A stretch of 54,914 nt of DNA, the filler included, from Asterionella formosa (Eukaryota), in assembly GCA_002256025.1 (NCBI GenBank). It is 4 parts of 4 records of this genome, joined end to end, with 100 filler letters (N's around TTAATTAATTAA, not from the genome) between each part and the next. Parts side by side here need not be neighbours in the genome. Positions count along the whole stretch, not along the records: positions 1 to 13,660 come from NKIB01006503.1; 3 more parts are not named here. The stretch is one strand, 5' to 3'. A program made the position numbers and the translations under genes. Numbering within the stretch: the first letter of the stretch is position 1; each line of letters begins with the position of its first letter. The notes beneath the pieces are model-generated. The model was given only the letters and a program-made list of their open reading frames with translations, was not told the origin of the DNA and searched no databases. Of this stretch, positions 1 through 12,083 are shown piece by piece.

Positions 1-352
1 ATCTAGCAGGAAGGCTAGAAGCAGAGACAAGAGAGAAAGTGAGTGGTACTAGGTAGTACTACGATCACGTAAGAGTCTACGTGAAGAGAGACCCAACCCG
101 CGGGAAGGAGTACGGACCATTTCAACACGGTAGTACATACTAATAATATCCGTTTCGACTTCATCTTATTCTGACTTTTGCAAACAATCATCACCCAAGG
201 TTGTGATTGCATTGCTTACATCGATACAACGCGTATTTATGCATTCTTGGCCCAGTAATTGCATAGTTCCCAGCACTATACTCATGCATCATTCACAGGT
301 CCGGTAAACGATATTCGGAATTGTTATATACCGGTACTCCATATCACATATC

Positions 353-2353
353 ATGATGGGGCAAGCAACGACTCTTCCACGGATCGGATGGCATCATCTC
401 ATGAGTAATAGTAGGATTTTATTGTGTGTTGAGTCAAGAACATCATCATCATCATGTCGTCTTGATGGCAGTGCTCGGTATCATTCGTCAAATACAACAA
501 CAACAACAACAACAACCTCCTACAATAAATCCATCAAAATGGATTGGAAGAAAGAAACTGACGCGTTATTAAAGGCGGAAAGTTGGAGCAACAACAAGTG
601 GATTTTGGCACGAGAGGGAGTACGACATTGGAGCCAGCAAATGCGGGGATTTGAGCACACTTGGAAGTTGTTGGATTGTGCTCTCACTCATGCCCGAATT
701 CATTTTAGTCGACGACCTGAGCATGTGCAAGTCATGTTGATGGATTTACTACAAGACTATGAGAGTACGAAAGATACTGACTTGATACCAAGTGGACAAT
801 ACTTTCGTACGTTGATTCATTTATCGATACAACTATTCTACTCAAGTCAACTACTAGAGGAACGTAACAGCGCACTCAATAGAGCGGATAATCTACTTGC
901 CACAATGCTCAAATATTCAAAAGTCAATGAAGGTTTGATACCTGACGTTGGCACCCTGGAGGCTGTCGTGGGTGCATGGGAACAATCCATGGATCCAAAT
1001 GCTTGCCATAGAGTGATGAAAACCCTAAATACCATCATGACTTGCGCCAACGACAACAAGGGGCTCAAATTAAATATTGGAATGTTCGCTCCAGTTTTGC
1101 AATTGTTGTCGCAATCTCAAGATACGACACCTGCGGCAACTGCTGCTGTTGAGACTTTGAGGATGATGCAAGAGAATCACGTCACCCCTAACACTTCATG
1201 TTACAATTGTGTTTTACGATGTTTGTCAAGGTGTGAGGAACCAACTGCGGCCGATGTATCTGAGGAGCTGTTGCGAGAGATGTTGGAAGAAAATATCAAG
1301 CCAGATTCATATTCCTTCAACTCGATCATGACAACGTATACCAGAATCAAACCAATGGATGTCCTCAGTCGCGCTGAGGCCACAATGAAGCAGATGCAGA
1401 TGCTTTATGATGCAGGCATTTCGGACCATTCTGATTTAACAACACAACGTAATGGAGCCCTTCACTGCTATAACAAATTGATTCAAATGTACGCTGATTT
1501 CCGCGAGCCAACCAAGGCAGACACGTTGGTACATACACTCTGCTCGGACAGTATGATTATCCCTGGAAATAATTGCACTCAAGCACGAATAGCTTTCTCA
1601 ACAGCCATCTTCGCTTGGTCAAGAGTGCCCAAACTTCCTGGGGCTGCCGTGAAAGCCGAAGAACTCTTCTTTAAAATGAAGGATCTGGGAGTCTCTCCAG
1701 GTCCAGTGACCTATACTTCCTTAATAACAGCGCTCGCTTCTAGCGGAAACCAAGAAAAGGCTGAATTTTATTTGGAGGAGATTATGAGGGTTTACGAGGC
1801 AGGTGAGAAATCTTGTATGCCTTATGAAACGACATACACAAGCATTATCAATGGATGGACCCGTAGTAATAACCCTAACGCTGTTATCTATGCTGGAAAG
1901 AGATTCGAGGAAATGAAACAGTACTGCAGACCGAGCAATACTGGGTATTCTGCTCTCATCAGGTGCATTGCGAAAAGTGCCTTCCGTGATAAAGTAGAAC
2001 GGGCATGTCAGGTACTCGCTGAAATGGAACAGGACTCAATTCGACCCGATGGAATCACACTAAATGCCGTACTGATGGCTTGTGCCTTTTCCAACCACTT
2101 GGATGTCCCTGCTCGGGAAAATGCCTTCAAGGTCGCTCGTGACGTCTTTCAGCGAAGTTGCAACGAGACATCTCCTTCCCAGGAGACGTTCACTTTTTTC
2201 TTTAAAGCAGCTGCTGGGATGAAAGGCTACGATAGGGAATTGGAGAATGCGCATCGTTTGTGCTGTCAGTTGGGTTTTGATAACATGCCTTTTGTCAGGA
2301 GAGCTATCACAGCTGCAATACCTCATCTTGTCGCAACAAAGCAGAAAAATTGA
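353..2353 (+). CDS. Pentatricopeptide-repeat (PPR) protein, probably organelle-targeted
   Basis: 666-aa uninterrupted ORF with several ~35-aa PPR motifs: PNTSCYNCVLRCLSR, PDSYSFNSIMTTY, PGPVTYTSLITALA, PYETTYTSIINGW, PDGITLNAVLMACA. The Arg/Ser/Thr-rich N-terminus resembles a mitochondrial presequence. Confidence 0.9.
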   Translation: MMGQATTLPRIGWHHLMSNSRILLCVESRTSSSSCRLDGSARYHSSNTTTTTTTTSYNKSIKMDWKKETDALLKAESWSNNKWILAREGVRHWSQQMRGFEHTWKLLDCALTHARIHFSRRPEHVQVMLMDLLQDYESTKDTDLIPSGQYFRTLIHLSIQLFYSSQLLEERNSALNRADNLLATMLKYSKVNEGLIPDVGTLEAVVGAWEQSMDPNACHRVMKTLNTIMTCANDNKGLKLNIGMFAPVLQLLSQSQDTTPAATAAVETLRMMQENHVTPNTSCYNCVLRCLSRCEEPTAADVSEELLREMLEENIKPDSYSFNSIMTTYTRIKPMDVLSRAEATMKQMQMLYDAGISDHSDLTTQRNGALHCYNKLIQMYADFREPTKADTLVHTLCSDSMIIPGNNCTQARIAFSTAIFAWSRVPKLPGAAVKAEELFFKMKDLGVSPGPVTYTSLITALASSGNQEKAEFYLEEIMRVYEAGEKSCMPYETTYTSIINGWTRSNNPNAVIYAGKRFEEMKQYCRPSNTGYSALIRCIAKSAFRDKVERACQVLAEMEQDSIRPDGITLNAVLMACAFSNHLDVPARENAFKVARDVFQRSCNETSPSQETFTFFFKAAAGMKGYDRELENAHRLCCQLGFDNMPFVRRAITAAIPHLVATKQKN

Positions 2354-2925
2354 GGCTGGCCTTCATGTCCATTAATACCAGCTGATTGAGAATTTTAGGC
2401 ATCAAACGGTTTTGCAACGAAAGTTCACAACAGTACCGAAACTTTTGGATGCGAGGTGCGGAATGGTCGAAGTGCCTTGTGTCGATTGCAAAGGTTTTGA
2501 AAAGAGGCGGGCATTCCTGGGGATACTGTTTCAATGCGTACACCCTACGCCCAAGTAGCTTGCGGCGAAATCTCCATCTGTAAACTCCTGAAGGAGTCGG
2601 AATATGAGTTTCTTTTTCAATTTTTTTATTTCCATAAGGCATTCAGCAAGGTACAGCATTCTAGTATTTACAATATTAAATTTCTTTTAAACTCTTTCAT
2701 TGAGTTTCAATGAAGGCGGCATCTACCTTGTTTTAGCTTGGCAACATGATCAAATCTCCTGTCTTCATAGCCTGAAAATTCTCCGAGAGCGACGTGGCCT
2801 CTACAGCAACCCATCATAGCAGTGTGCAACCAGTGATCCACTTAAATATATCCATACGAGTTATTGAATACATCGCTATCATAAAGCTGAGTCTATGTCT
2901 ACGAAACCATTTTCGAGTGAAATCA

Positions 2926-3669
2926 TCACCTCTTCGCTGCTTTGGAATTAAAGTTGCCAACATAGCGAAACTGTGCCAAGATCCCAGCGCCAGAAAAAGC
3001 TCCCCAAAACCCACCTGGTGGCCTTACGTCCTTCTTTACTGTGATTGTTCCATCATTAATTGAAATGATTCCGGAGGAGCTTGTGTCAATTCTTGCTTGC
3101 CAATAATAGCGCATCTCTTGGTTTGGAGCAAATTTATCGTCCGCAGGCAGCTTGACACTTGTAGAAAACAAAATGAACACTAGATCATCTTCGTTCGACA
3201 ATTCCCTATCCCATCCCCAAACCTTGTCAAGAACAATTGAAGACACCCCGGAGGGTTCCTGTGATATCAAATTGGTATATCCGTCGGCCAAGAACGTTAC
3301 AGTAAATTTTCCAGAATAGAACGATATCTGCTTGTCCTCCTCTTTCTCGTTTCTTGGATCGCTACTAAGTCGATAGGTACATGTCCACGTTGATTCGGCA
3401 AGATTTGTGTAGGTTGGGTCTACTGGGATGATCATGGGTGGCGAACTACGTCGCTTGTTGCCCAAGCCATCCTCCAAGTCCTTGGCCTCCTTCCTCAAAC
3501 GTTCAGCGGATTCCCGGAGCTTGTCGATATTATCATTGGAAGATAGGTCGATCATCGGGAGGAGAGAGGATCTATGAGGGCCCGTCAGGGGAACAAAGGC
3601 GCTCGAAGGACAAGATCGCAACAGAGACAGCGATAGGATCAGAAGGAACGGAAGATCCATGCGGCGCAT
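2926..3669 (-). CDS. Hypothetical protein with a bipartite plastid-targeting presequence
   Basis: The ORF track starts at a TTG (3696); the first ATGs are at 3669 and 3660. Hydrophobic signal peptide (LPFLLILSLSLL) followed by an ASAFAP-like site SSA-FVP and a short coiled coil (KLRESAERLRKEAKDLE). Confidence 0.8.
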   Translation of the reverse strand: MRRMDLPFLLILSLSLLRSCPSSAFVPLTGPHRSSLLPMIDLSSNDNIDKLRESAERLRKEAKDLEDGLGNKRRSSPPMIIPVDPTYTNLAESTWTCTYRLSSDPRNEKEEDKQISFYSGKFTVTFLADGYTNLISQEPSGVSSIVLDKVWGWDRELSNEDDLVFILFSTSVKLPADDKFAPNQEMRYYWQARIDTSSSGIISINDGTITVKKDVRPPGGFWGAFSGAGILAQFRYVGNFNSKAAKR

Positions 3670-4119
3670 TGTCTGATGGACCGTTATTGTATCCAACAGT
3701 ATGATGCAATCATATGCCTGTTAGTCGATATGTCTACCGGTATATCATGAGATGATTAAATGGTTTGCCCGGATTGCCCCAAAAGAATAAAAGTTGCTGC
3801 ATTATTTTAGGGTCGTTCTTATCATTTTCGATTTGGTATCATATTTTTTGAAAAAGTATCATGCAACGGCTACTCGATTTAAAAGGAAAAATCCATTCTC
3901 CACAAAAATAAAAATGAAATTGTATCACCAAAAAGTATCACGAAAATTCAACGGTTACGGCCTGGCTACAATCAATGTGCATATCCCTCCAGGCTTCCCT
4001 CCAGACTATTTCGATTTTAGGAAAACTACGCGGATTATGTACCAGTGTAGAATATATAGCTAATATAACTGCTAAATTCTTGATTTGCCATGAGTCAACA
4101 CAGACATGCAAGATCGTCT

Positions 4120-4538
4120 TTACACTTCTGCTTGCGATTAGGATAGCGATGGCATTTGGTTTGTTACAGACAAAATGGGCTGTTCTAAAAAGAAACTTAG
4201 CATCTTGCTTGGAATCAACTGCAAAAGCGCTTGAGGTATGTGCACGTTTGCACAATTATGTCATAGACAAAAATAAAGTTGATAAGGATATTTCTGGGTT
4301 ATCTGGAAGTGATGAGGCAGATGACATCCATGAGATTTTAGCTGAAATCACCCCAGTCTACAATTCTCCACTTGGTTGGGGATATTTGCCAGTGGTTGAG
4401 AAATTGGATGTAATGCCTGGTAGTAGTTCTGTCATTCGAGATGTTATTCTTGAAAGAATTGCTAACATGGGTTTGCAAAGACTTCCAGCTAATATTGAAA
4501 GAAAAAGGTTGGAATTACATGAATTAAATCAAATGTAG
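4120..4538 (+). pseudogene. PIF/Harbinger (DDE_Tnp_4-like) transposase, C-terminal remnant
   Basis: RIAMAFGLLQTKWAVLK...VCARLHNYVI matches the Harbinger C-terminal pattern RxxIExAFGxLxxKWxIL...CxxLHN. The catalytic Glu position reads Ala, and the N-terminal part is missing. Confidence 0.7.
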
Positions 4539-4641
4539 ATTATAATTGGTTGTTGAAAACAAATTATTCATTTTCATGTGTCGCCTTGCTGAGCCAAGAG
4601 GTTGAAGATCTGATCACGCTTTCTTTTACACAATGCAATTT

Positions 4642-6868
4642 CTAAACAAGCATGGACAATGTCAGAACTTGAAGAGTCATAATCTTTATTTTCGAATTCT
4701 TCCAGCAGCTTGTTTCAATATCCATTATCATACACAGTGTTCCCCGAATTTCTTTAGTGTCATCTTGCATGGTTTGTACTGGTGTATCTACCAGGTTTGT
4801 CTGAGTTGTATGGTATTCTTGTATCTTTGCTTGCATTTGAAGCAATTCAGTGCGCATTGATGACATTTTGCTGTGCACCTCACTCCGGATCACCAAGGTT
4901 GTGTCAGATTGGGTGATTTCGGATACATCTTCCATTAGACGCCAGGCTGAATTGGACTGCTTCAGTACCGCCCTTGAATTTGGTATTGTCAAAGCAGTAT
5001 TATTTTCTTGTGTTGCTACCAAAGTCACTACCTTTTTCTTGTTTGTTCGTAAGCGGCTCTTCCTTGTGCTCAAACTGTCATCACTGCTGCTGCTCAAATC
5101 ACTTTTGCTCTGCGGTTCCTGGATACTCATTCTCGCTTTTTTCTGAATGCGTTTATTTCGAGGTCTTGTATTGTTGCCTTTGAGCGCATCAAAGTAGGAT
5201 CTCTCTTTGCAATCATCTTCATTGGTAACCACGCTCTGGTGACCTTGGGTCCCAATCTGCTGTGATGGTGATGGTTTGATTGTAAGTGTTGGGAAGACTA
5301 AATCCAATTCAGCAAATATGTCATCCAAGTGAGTCGAACCGTCCTTTGTATGCATAACCTTGGTCTCGTCATAATTCTTATCAATTACATTGTCGCTGAT
5401 CACCGTCAAGAAAAGCTCAGAATGGTTAATGCCTGGAAAAGGGTCTTGAACTAAGGAAAGTAAGTGATATTTTGATTTATGCATGATTCCTGCATTCCTT
5501 TATAGACTTGCCAAGATAATTGCATTTGGTCTTGTCCCATGCGGAACCACAGCATCGAATACACGCCATCATGATCCGTTATATTTAAGAGAATCTCTCC
5601 AACTGTTGTATTAAAGCTTGCTTCTTCATCACTTTGGCAAATCACCACTTCCTGTAGGTTTCGTAAATTTCGGGGAATTACCAGTAAGAGTTGCCGTTCA
5701 AGTGCTAATTGTCTTGAAATGAATTTATCATTAGCTGACGCAGAACTTTTTGACATACTCATTGGGAAAAATTGGAGTAATGGCCAAGTCAAATCTTTAT
5801 TTGCTGCATCTGTGCCATAAAGCTTAAAGAGAGTTTCACATACCTCTGGATAGTCCTCCTTTTTACATAGGAGAGTTGTAGCATAGGCGGATTTGTAGGA
5901 TTCCGGGGACCCATGTATCTTCGACCAACTAGCTTGGACTTGGATTAGTTTCCCCTGTAGATGATTTGCCATTTTTGATGTGATGTGATCCGCCAACATA
6001 TTCCGGTTTCCTTGTGCCATTGTACCATATAGAACTCCTGCCATGACCACTTGAGAAACCCCGAATGGTGCTATGTTCAACTGAAGAAACTTGTGCATAT
6101 CATGTAATTTTTAATCTTTGTGGGAGTAAGGAGATCCATCGATATGAGCTTTTCGATACTGAGGATACCATGAAATGCTTCTTTTGTCATTATACCCTTA
6201 TGGATATACTGTCTGATCAATTTGGTTTCTTCAGCAGCCGGGATACATCCATTCTTCCTTGTGATCATTGGTGTTTGATTCTGAATTTTTGGAGCGATGA
6301 TATGGATATCTCTTTCTGTTTTGAGGATTGCTTTTATAGTAGCTTGCACGATCGTCATAATAGATGCGTCACTGGCACTTTCATCTGATCGAGATAGTTT
6401 AAATGACACAAAAGTTTTATGACTTCCGCTATTTGCCATTCCCTGTTTACTGTGATTTCCTCTTTTCAATGTTCCATAAGAATTTGGTGAGCCTTGTTCT
6501 TCACCATTGTCTGCGGCTGTCAGTGTATCCTGACCTGTTGACTTTTTCGTTTTTACTAAGCTGGTGTTGTCATTTAGTACCGTAGTTTCTTTGTCAATCG
6601 AAATGATTTTCCTTGTTCTTTCTTCTCAAAGACTGGAGCTGTAATGACTTCCCGAATCTGTGAAGGTTGATTAGAGATGTGGAATGAGCTTGCACCACCG
6701 TCTTTTTCCTTCGAAGGTTGAAATCTCTGCCCCCCCCCCCCCCAAGGGTTTATTAGGCTCACTGTTCTTATTTAATTTAAGTAGTATAGTCTTTGACAAT
6801 ATATCGGGAGTGCGTCTTAGACTTACTTGAGTCTGACAGATCGTTGTGAGGCCTCCACCCCTTCCCAA
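4642..6868 (-). pseudogene. Frameshifted long ORF, probably TE-derived (family not recognised)
   Basis: A chain of overlapping same-strand ORFs (6868-6671, 6762-6574, 6469-6077, 6098-5451, 5484-4642) in AT-rich, CpG-poor DNA. One shift lies near a poly-C run at about 6730-6743. Confidence 0.4.
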
Positions 6869-7734
6869 GGATGGTACTGGAGGTCTAGCTAATCAGTGTG
6901 GTTTAATAGAATGTTGATGACTAGATATCATGACAGCCATGAAAATGTTCGTTTGATTATGTAGTCGTCTGATTTATTCTGTTTACCATCCATGCCTAGT
7001 ATAAAGTCATACTTCTTCGTTTTTTTTGTCAATTCAATCCCAATTGATTGCCAGCTATCATCGATTAACCACCCTGTTCTTTTTGCTAGAAAATCCCCTT
7101 TGAATGTGTTTGTCAATTAATTACCAAATTCAACTTTTTAAACTCTGGCGCATTTTTGATTGTTGAATTGAATCAAGCTTTCTGTATTCTCTATCACCAT
7201 GCATGTCATGCAAATTTGTCACTGAGGGTCCACCATTTGTTGCAAGCTGATGATAAAACAGGTCGGGTTGTTAAAAAAATTCACACAAATAACATGATTC
7301 TTTGATAGATTTAGGAGATGATTGAACCCGCTACATAAGCCTATCATTGAGGCTTCATGAGCGATGCAAGGAGTGCATGAAGCTAAACTCACAATGTGCA
7401 AGATTATTCAAACTTGTTGCTAGCAGCAGTATGGATGAATCTATAACTAAAGACTGCAATTTTAACATCGAAACTCTGATTTTGGGAATTTTTGATGCTA
7501 ATGAATTGCTACTAGTAGTTATTGAAATGAACAAGGGAATAAATTTGGTTCAAGCAGTTATCTGCTCCACCCTGCAACGTATTATCAGTACATTCTGTAT
7601 TAGGTATGGATGGGTGTGGTCCGCCCGAGGTAGAAGTCATTCTTGTGTGTACATTTTGTACCGGCCACTTTTTAGGTGTCGGTTTGACCTAAAATTCAGG
7701 GTGTGAATAAGAAGTTTCAGTTGCTGCCACTGCT

Positions 7735-7957
7735 GCTATGGAATGATAAAGCGTTGAGAATTCTAAAATCGGGAATATACCGGTAGACGGTCAAGGTCGT
7801 GGTAATTGTGGTACAGTACCTGGTCTGATAAAAACGAAGACAGCTCAATAATTCTTTATGCAATATCCATTTTCATTACACGGTACCACAATTACCACGA
7901 ACTTGACCGTCTATATACCCGATTTTAGAATTCTCAACTTTTTTATCATACAATAGC
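7735..7957. mobile_element. MITE-like foldback element with ~75-80 bp inverted arms
   Basis: 7735-7814 (gctatggaatgataaa...ggtaattgtggtac) is a near-perfect reverse complement of 7883-7957 (gtaccacaattacc...tatcatacaatagc), with a 68-bp spacer. No clean TSD on both sides. Confidence 0.75.
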
Positions 7958-8334
7958 CTTACCCAGGTCCTTTCGCACGAATGCTATCTTTTTTTGTCAG
8001 GAGGTTAGGAAGTGATCAATCACGATCGATTGTGTCCAAGGGAAATTCTCAATGCCCTCGTTTGCCAAATGTACGGCCAGTTAAATTTTTCACCAAGTAA
8101 AATGCCTGCGGGGCTGTGGTTACATGACATAGGGGTAAGATGACTGTTACTTGGGAGTTGCTCGATGATCTCGAATTATGCTGGCATTGTACACCCAAAA
8201 TATGTATGAAAACATATACATTTGACAAAAGTTGCATGCTATGATTTAGGAAAACAAAGTATCGGCGTACCGGTATCCCTGTATTCTTGTAACCTTCCAT
8301 CGCCTGGCCGACTGTAACAACGAAGAAGTGCTAT

Positions 8335-11300
8335 ATGGGCTCGACAAACATGGAAATGAGCGACGATACATCTGTCGGGGACATCTCCTTCAATCAAGCG
8401 ATCGACACTTCGAGGACGCAAGATTCCCCATGTACGGAAGACGACATGAAGCTGCAAGGGAAATCGAGACAGGTGTTTCGCCTGAAGATTGTTGTTCTCA
8501 TTGCCCTAGTTATTGCTGCAGTCTTCGCTGGGGTTGCTGCCTACATCCTTTCAAATAATCAGCAGCAGCAGCGCTTCGAAGTTTCGTTTCGAGGCGATGC
8601 TGAAAAGCTCGTGCATTCGTTTTCTCGGGCGACAGAAAATATATATTGGGCAGGTTTGAGTCTTAGTATCACCATCACAAGTTTTGCCATGACTAGCAAC
8701 AGTCAGTGGCCAAATGTTACGTTACCTGACTTCTCTTTGCAATCAAGGGGGGCATTGTCTCTAGCTCACGCAACTGGTATCAGATTTGGACCGGTGATTT
8801 ACAATGAAACACGCATTGCATTTGAACAATATGCTGTCAAGAGCCAGCATTTGTTGGACTCGTTTGGTACTGCTCGGCTATGGCCGATTGAGTCGGGCAT
8901 TTTTCAATTCAGCGAAAACAAAACAATGCCTATAAGCTCTCCATCCGCCGACATATATTTGCCAATTTGGCAAAGTTCAGGGCGAGGAAAATCAAAGTAT
9001 AGCGAGCAAAACTTAGTCATGGCGAATGCTCTTTCCGACCCCACCTTAGCTCAATCCTTTTCTAATATGCGCCGTAAAATTGGTCCAGAAGATTCTGAAA
9101 TCGAGATTATTAAGGATTTGTCAGGAGATATCTCTCCGCGAAGCACCATTTCTTTTCCAGTTCTCAGTAATACAACAGGGGACGATCAAATCTCCCTGGT
9201 TGCAATTGTCGCGATTATCTCCGACTTCACTGATTTCTTTGCCAATGCCTTGGAAAAGGATTCCATTGTCATAATTGTGACAACAAGCACTTGTGGGTCG
9301 GTCTTGTCCTTTGAAGTCGCAGGCAGTAATGTGACATTCTTAGGAGAAGGCGATCAACACGATGACAACTTTGATGATTTGGTGGTGATGTTAACAGCTC
9401 AAAAGTTGCGGCTTCAATTAGCAGGTGTCTTGAGCGAATGGAAGAACTATACTGGTGATTCCGCTAGCACCCCTGATAACACGGACAGCGACGGGAAGGT
9501 CTGCAGTACACATATCAGCATATATCCGACTTCTCGGTACGAGAGCCAGTTCAAGACTCAAGCTACTCTTGTCTTCCCTTTGGTTTGCGGTGCCTTATTC
9601 ATCGTCAATTTGGCCCTTTTCTTGGGCTACGATGTGCTCGTAAAGCGGCGACAGATAATTGTTGAAAAGACTGCCGAGAATTCCTACGCAATCGTCAACT
9701 CACTTTTCCCAGCTGTTGTTCGAGACAGGCTTATTCAGTCCCAGCACCACCAACGGATGGAAACCCCAAAAGACTTGGCGATCAATCCACATGGGATTCT
9801 TACCATGGCAGGAGCTCGAAGAATCCTAGCTGCTCCTCCAAGTGAGCAAACTAGCTTGATGGAACAGTTCGATCTTCCCATCGCGGAACTGTTTCAAGAT
9901 ACTACCGTCATGTTTGCTGACATTGCTGGCTTCACAGCATGGTCAAGCGAGCGAGAGCCTGCTCAAGTCTTTCAGCTCTTAGAGACTCTCTATCGCAACT
10001 TCGACATTTATGCGAAGCGTCTTGGAGTGTTCAAGGTGGAAACAATTGGAGATTGTTGTAAGTACCGAACATGATGTCGAAAATGTTGTTTCATTGTTTC
10101 ATTTCCATTCATATCTGTTATCGTGCGAACTTTCCACTTCGCCTGTAGATGTTTGCGTTACTGGATTACCTCTACCGAGTAAAGACCACGCAGTGGTGAT
10201 GGCACGATTCGCCCATGAATGTCGTTTTCAAATGAAGGAACTCACAAAGGAACTTGAAATAGTTCTCGGCCCCGGCACATCAGATCTCGCATTGCGGGTT
10301 GGGATGCATAGTGGATCTGTGATTGCTGGTGTACTACGGGGCGAAAAGTCAAGGTTCCAACTGTTTGGTGATACAATGAATGTCGCCTCTCGAATGGAAA
10401 GCAACGGCACAAGAGACTTAATCCAGGTCTCACAGGAAACAGCTGACTTGATTATCGCAGCAAAGAAGGAGCATTGGCTCACACCGAGAGATGATGTTAT
10501 CTATGCCAAGGGAAAAGGAGCACTCCAAACCTACTGGCTAAGACCCTGTCGTCGCCCTTCTAGGCAAGAAGTAGACAGCTCGCCATCGGAGGACGTTTCG
10601 GTTGCAACTATGCCGTTGAACTTTCACATCAAAGGAAACGACGAGGAGAGGCACAACGCGAATCAGTGGATGAATACGAGCACGTCTATACTTTGTTCCG
10701 ACGAAAGAACAACCAGATCAATGGACAATCGTCTCATTGATTGGAATGCTGACATTCTTTTAAGCTTTCTCACGAAGTTGGTTTTGTCAAGAGACTTTCA
10801 ATGCGTTAAGAAGTCCAAACGGAGGACCCAAGCTGGCCTAGCTGGCGATTCAAATTATGTTGGTCTGTTTTCACGACCAAAGTCAGAATTGAGGTTAGGA
10901 AAAATAAGCGGCGTGAGCGTAGAGGCTCAGCGACAGCTGCGTTTGTATGTTGGAAAGATTGCTTGTCTTTATCGAGCCAATCCGTTTCACAACTTTGAGC
11001 ATGCAAGCCATGTTGCACTCTCAGCCAAGAAGCTCCTAAAGCGAATCATCGCGCCAGACCATAAGACAGTTTCAGACGATGACACCTGTAGCGAGGGGCT
11101 AAGTCAATCTACATATGGAATCAGCTCTGATCCAATGCTTCAATTTGTCATAGTGCTTTCGGCGTTGGTACATGACGTCGACCACAGCGGTGTGCCAAAC
11201 GCTCAATTGATGAAAGAAAAGCCGGAATTCGCAGAACTTTATAATAATAAAAGCGTTGCTGAAAGTCATTCAGTCGAACTGGCTCTGTCGATATTGAAAG

Positions 11301-11878
11301 ACCCACGTTTCAGAGATCTGCAAAATTGTATTTATCCAACAATCAGTGACTTCACTCGATTCAAGGAGCTCTTGATTAACGCAGTGCTTGCGACTGATAT
11401 CGTTGACAAGGACCTGAAAGTGAATCGGCAAAAGCGGTGGACGGAGGCTTTCCATGGCGACAATCAGGCTGCTGCCACTCCAGTGGTTGATGCTGTCAAG
11501 GCAACAGTTGTTGTCGAACACATAATCCAAGCGTCCGATGTGGCCCATACGATGCAACATTGGCATGTTTTTTGCAAGTGGAATGAACTTTTGTATATTG
11601 AAATGTTGGAGGCTTATAGGTCTGGACGGTCCGAGACTGATCCATCTGATGGTTGGTATGAGTCGGAGATTGGCTTTTTTGACTTTTACATCATCCCACT
11701 AGCAAAAAAATTGGAGGAGTGCAGAGTTTTTGGTGTATCTTCTGGTGAATATCTCAATTATGCACTGCAGAATCGAATGGAATGGGAACTCAAGGGAAGG
11801 GAAGTAACAAAAGAAATGGTTGCAAAGTGGAAAAATGGCCGGCGATCATCAGTTTCAATGCTGCAGCAAATTGTATGA
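8335..11878 (+). CDS. Membrane receptor-type nucleotide cyclase fused to a class I cyclic-nucleotide phosphodiesterase (~1150 aa)
   Basis: Exons 8335-10057 and 10149-11878. The GTAAGT...TAG intron at 10058-10148 restores KVETIGDC-Y-VCVTG. Two TM helices flank an extracellular sensor region. Cyclase motifs: FADIAGFT, LFGDTMNVASRMES. PDE motifs: PFHNFEH, HDVDHSG, ATDI, ASDV. Confidence 0.92.
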
Positions 11879-12083
11879 GCCAGCTGACAAGAACCATAGC
11901 AATGCACCAAAATGTATAAATATATTTCACATAAATTTTTTTAAACATCAACTATGCTGCATTCATTACAAGCTGCCTTCTAAAATTGATGAACTGAGGG
12001 TAACACTATCGAAAGGAACCTGGTACTGCACACACTCTCAAGTAGCTTTTACTCGTCTGAATTTCATGAAGGCAATTAAAATT

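Noticed and set aside
494..517. (ACA)n microsatellite
   Set aside because: It is an ordinary poly-Thr tract in a presequence-like region.
10010..11878. Separate 622-aa gene as listed in the ORF track
   Set aside because: It is exon 2 of the cyclase/PDE gene, and its apparent N-terminus is out-of-frame and intronic sequence.
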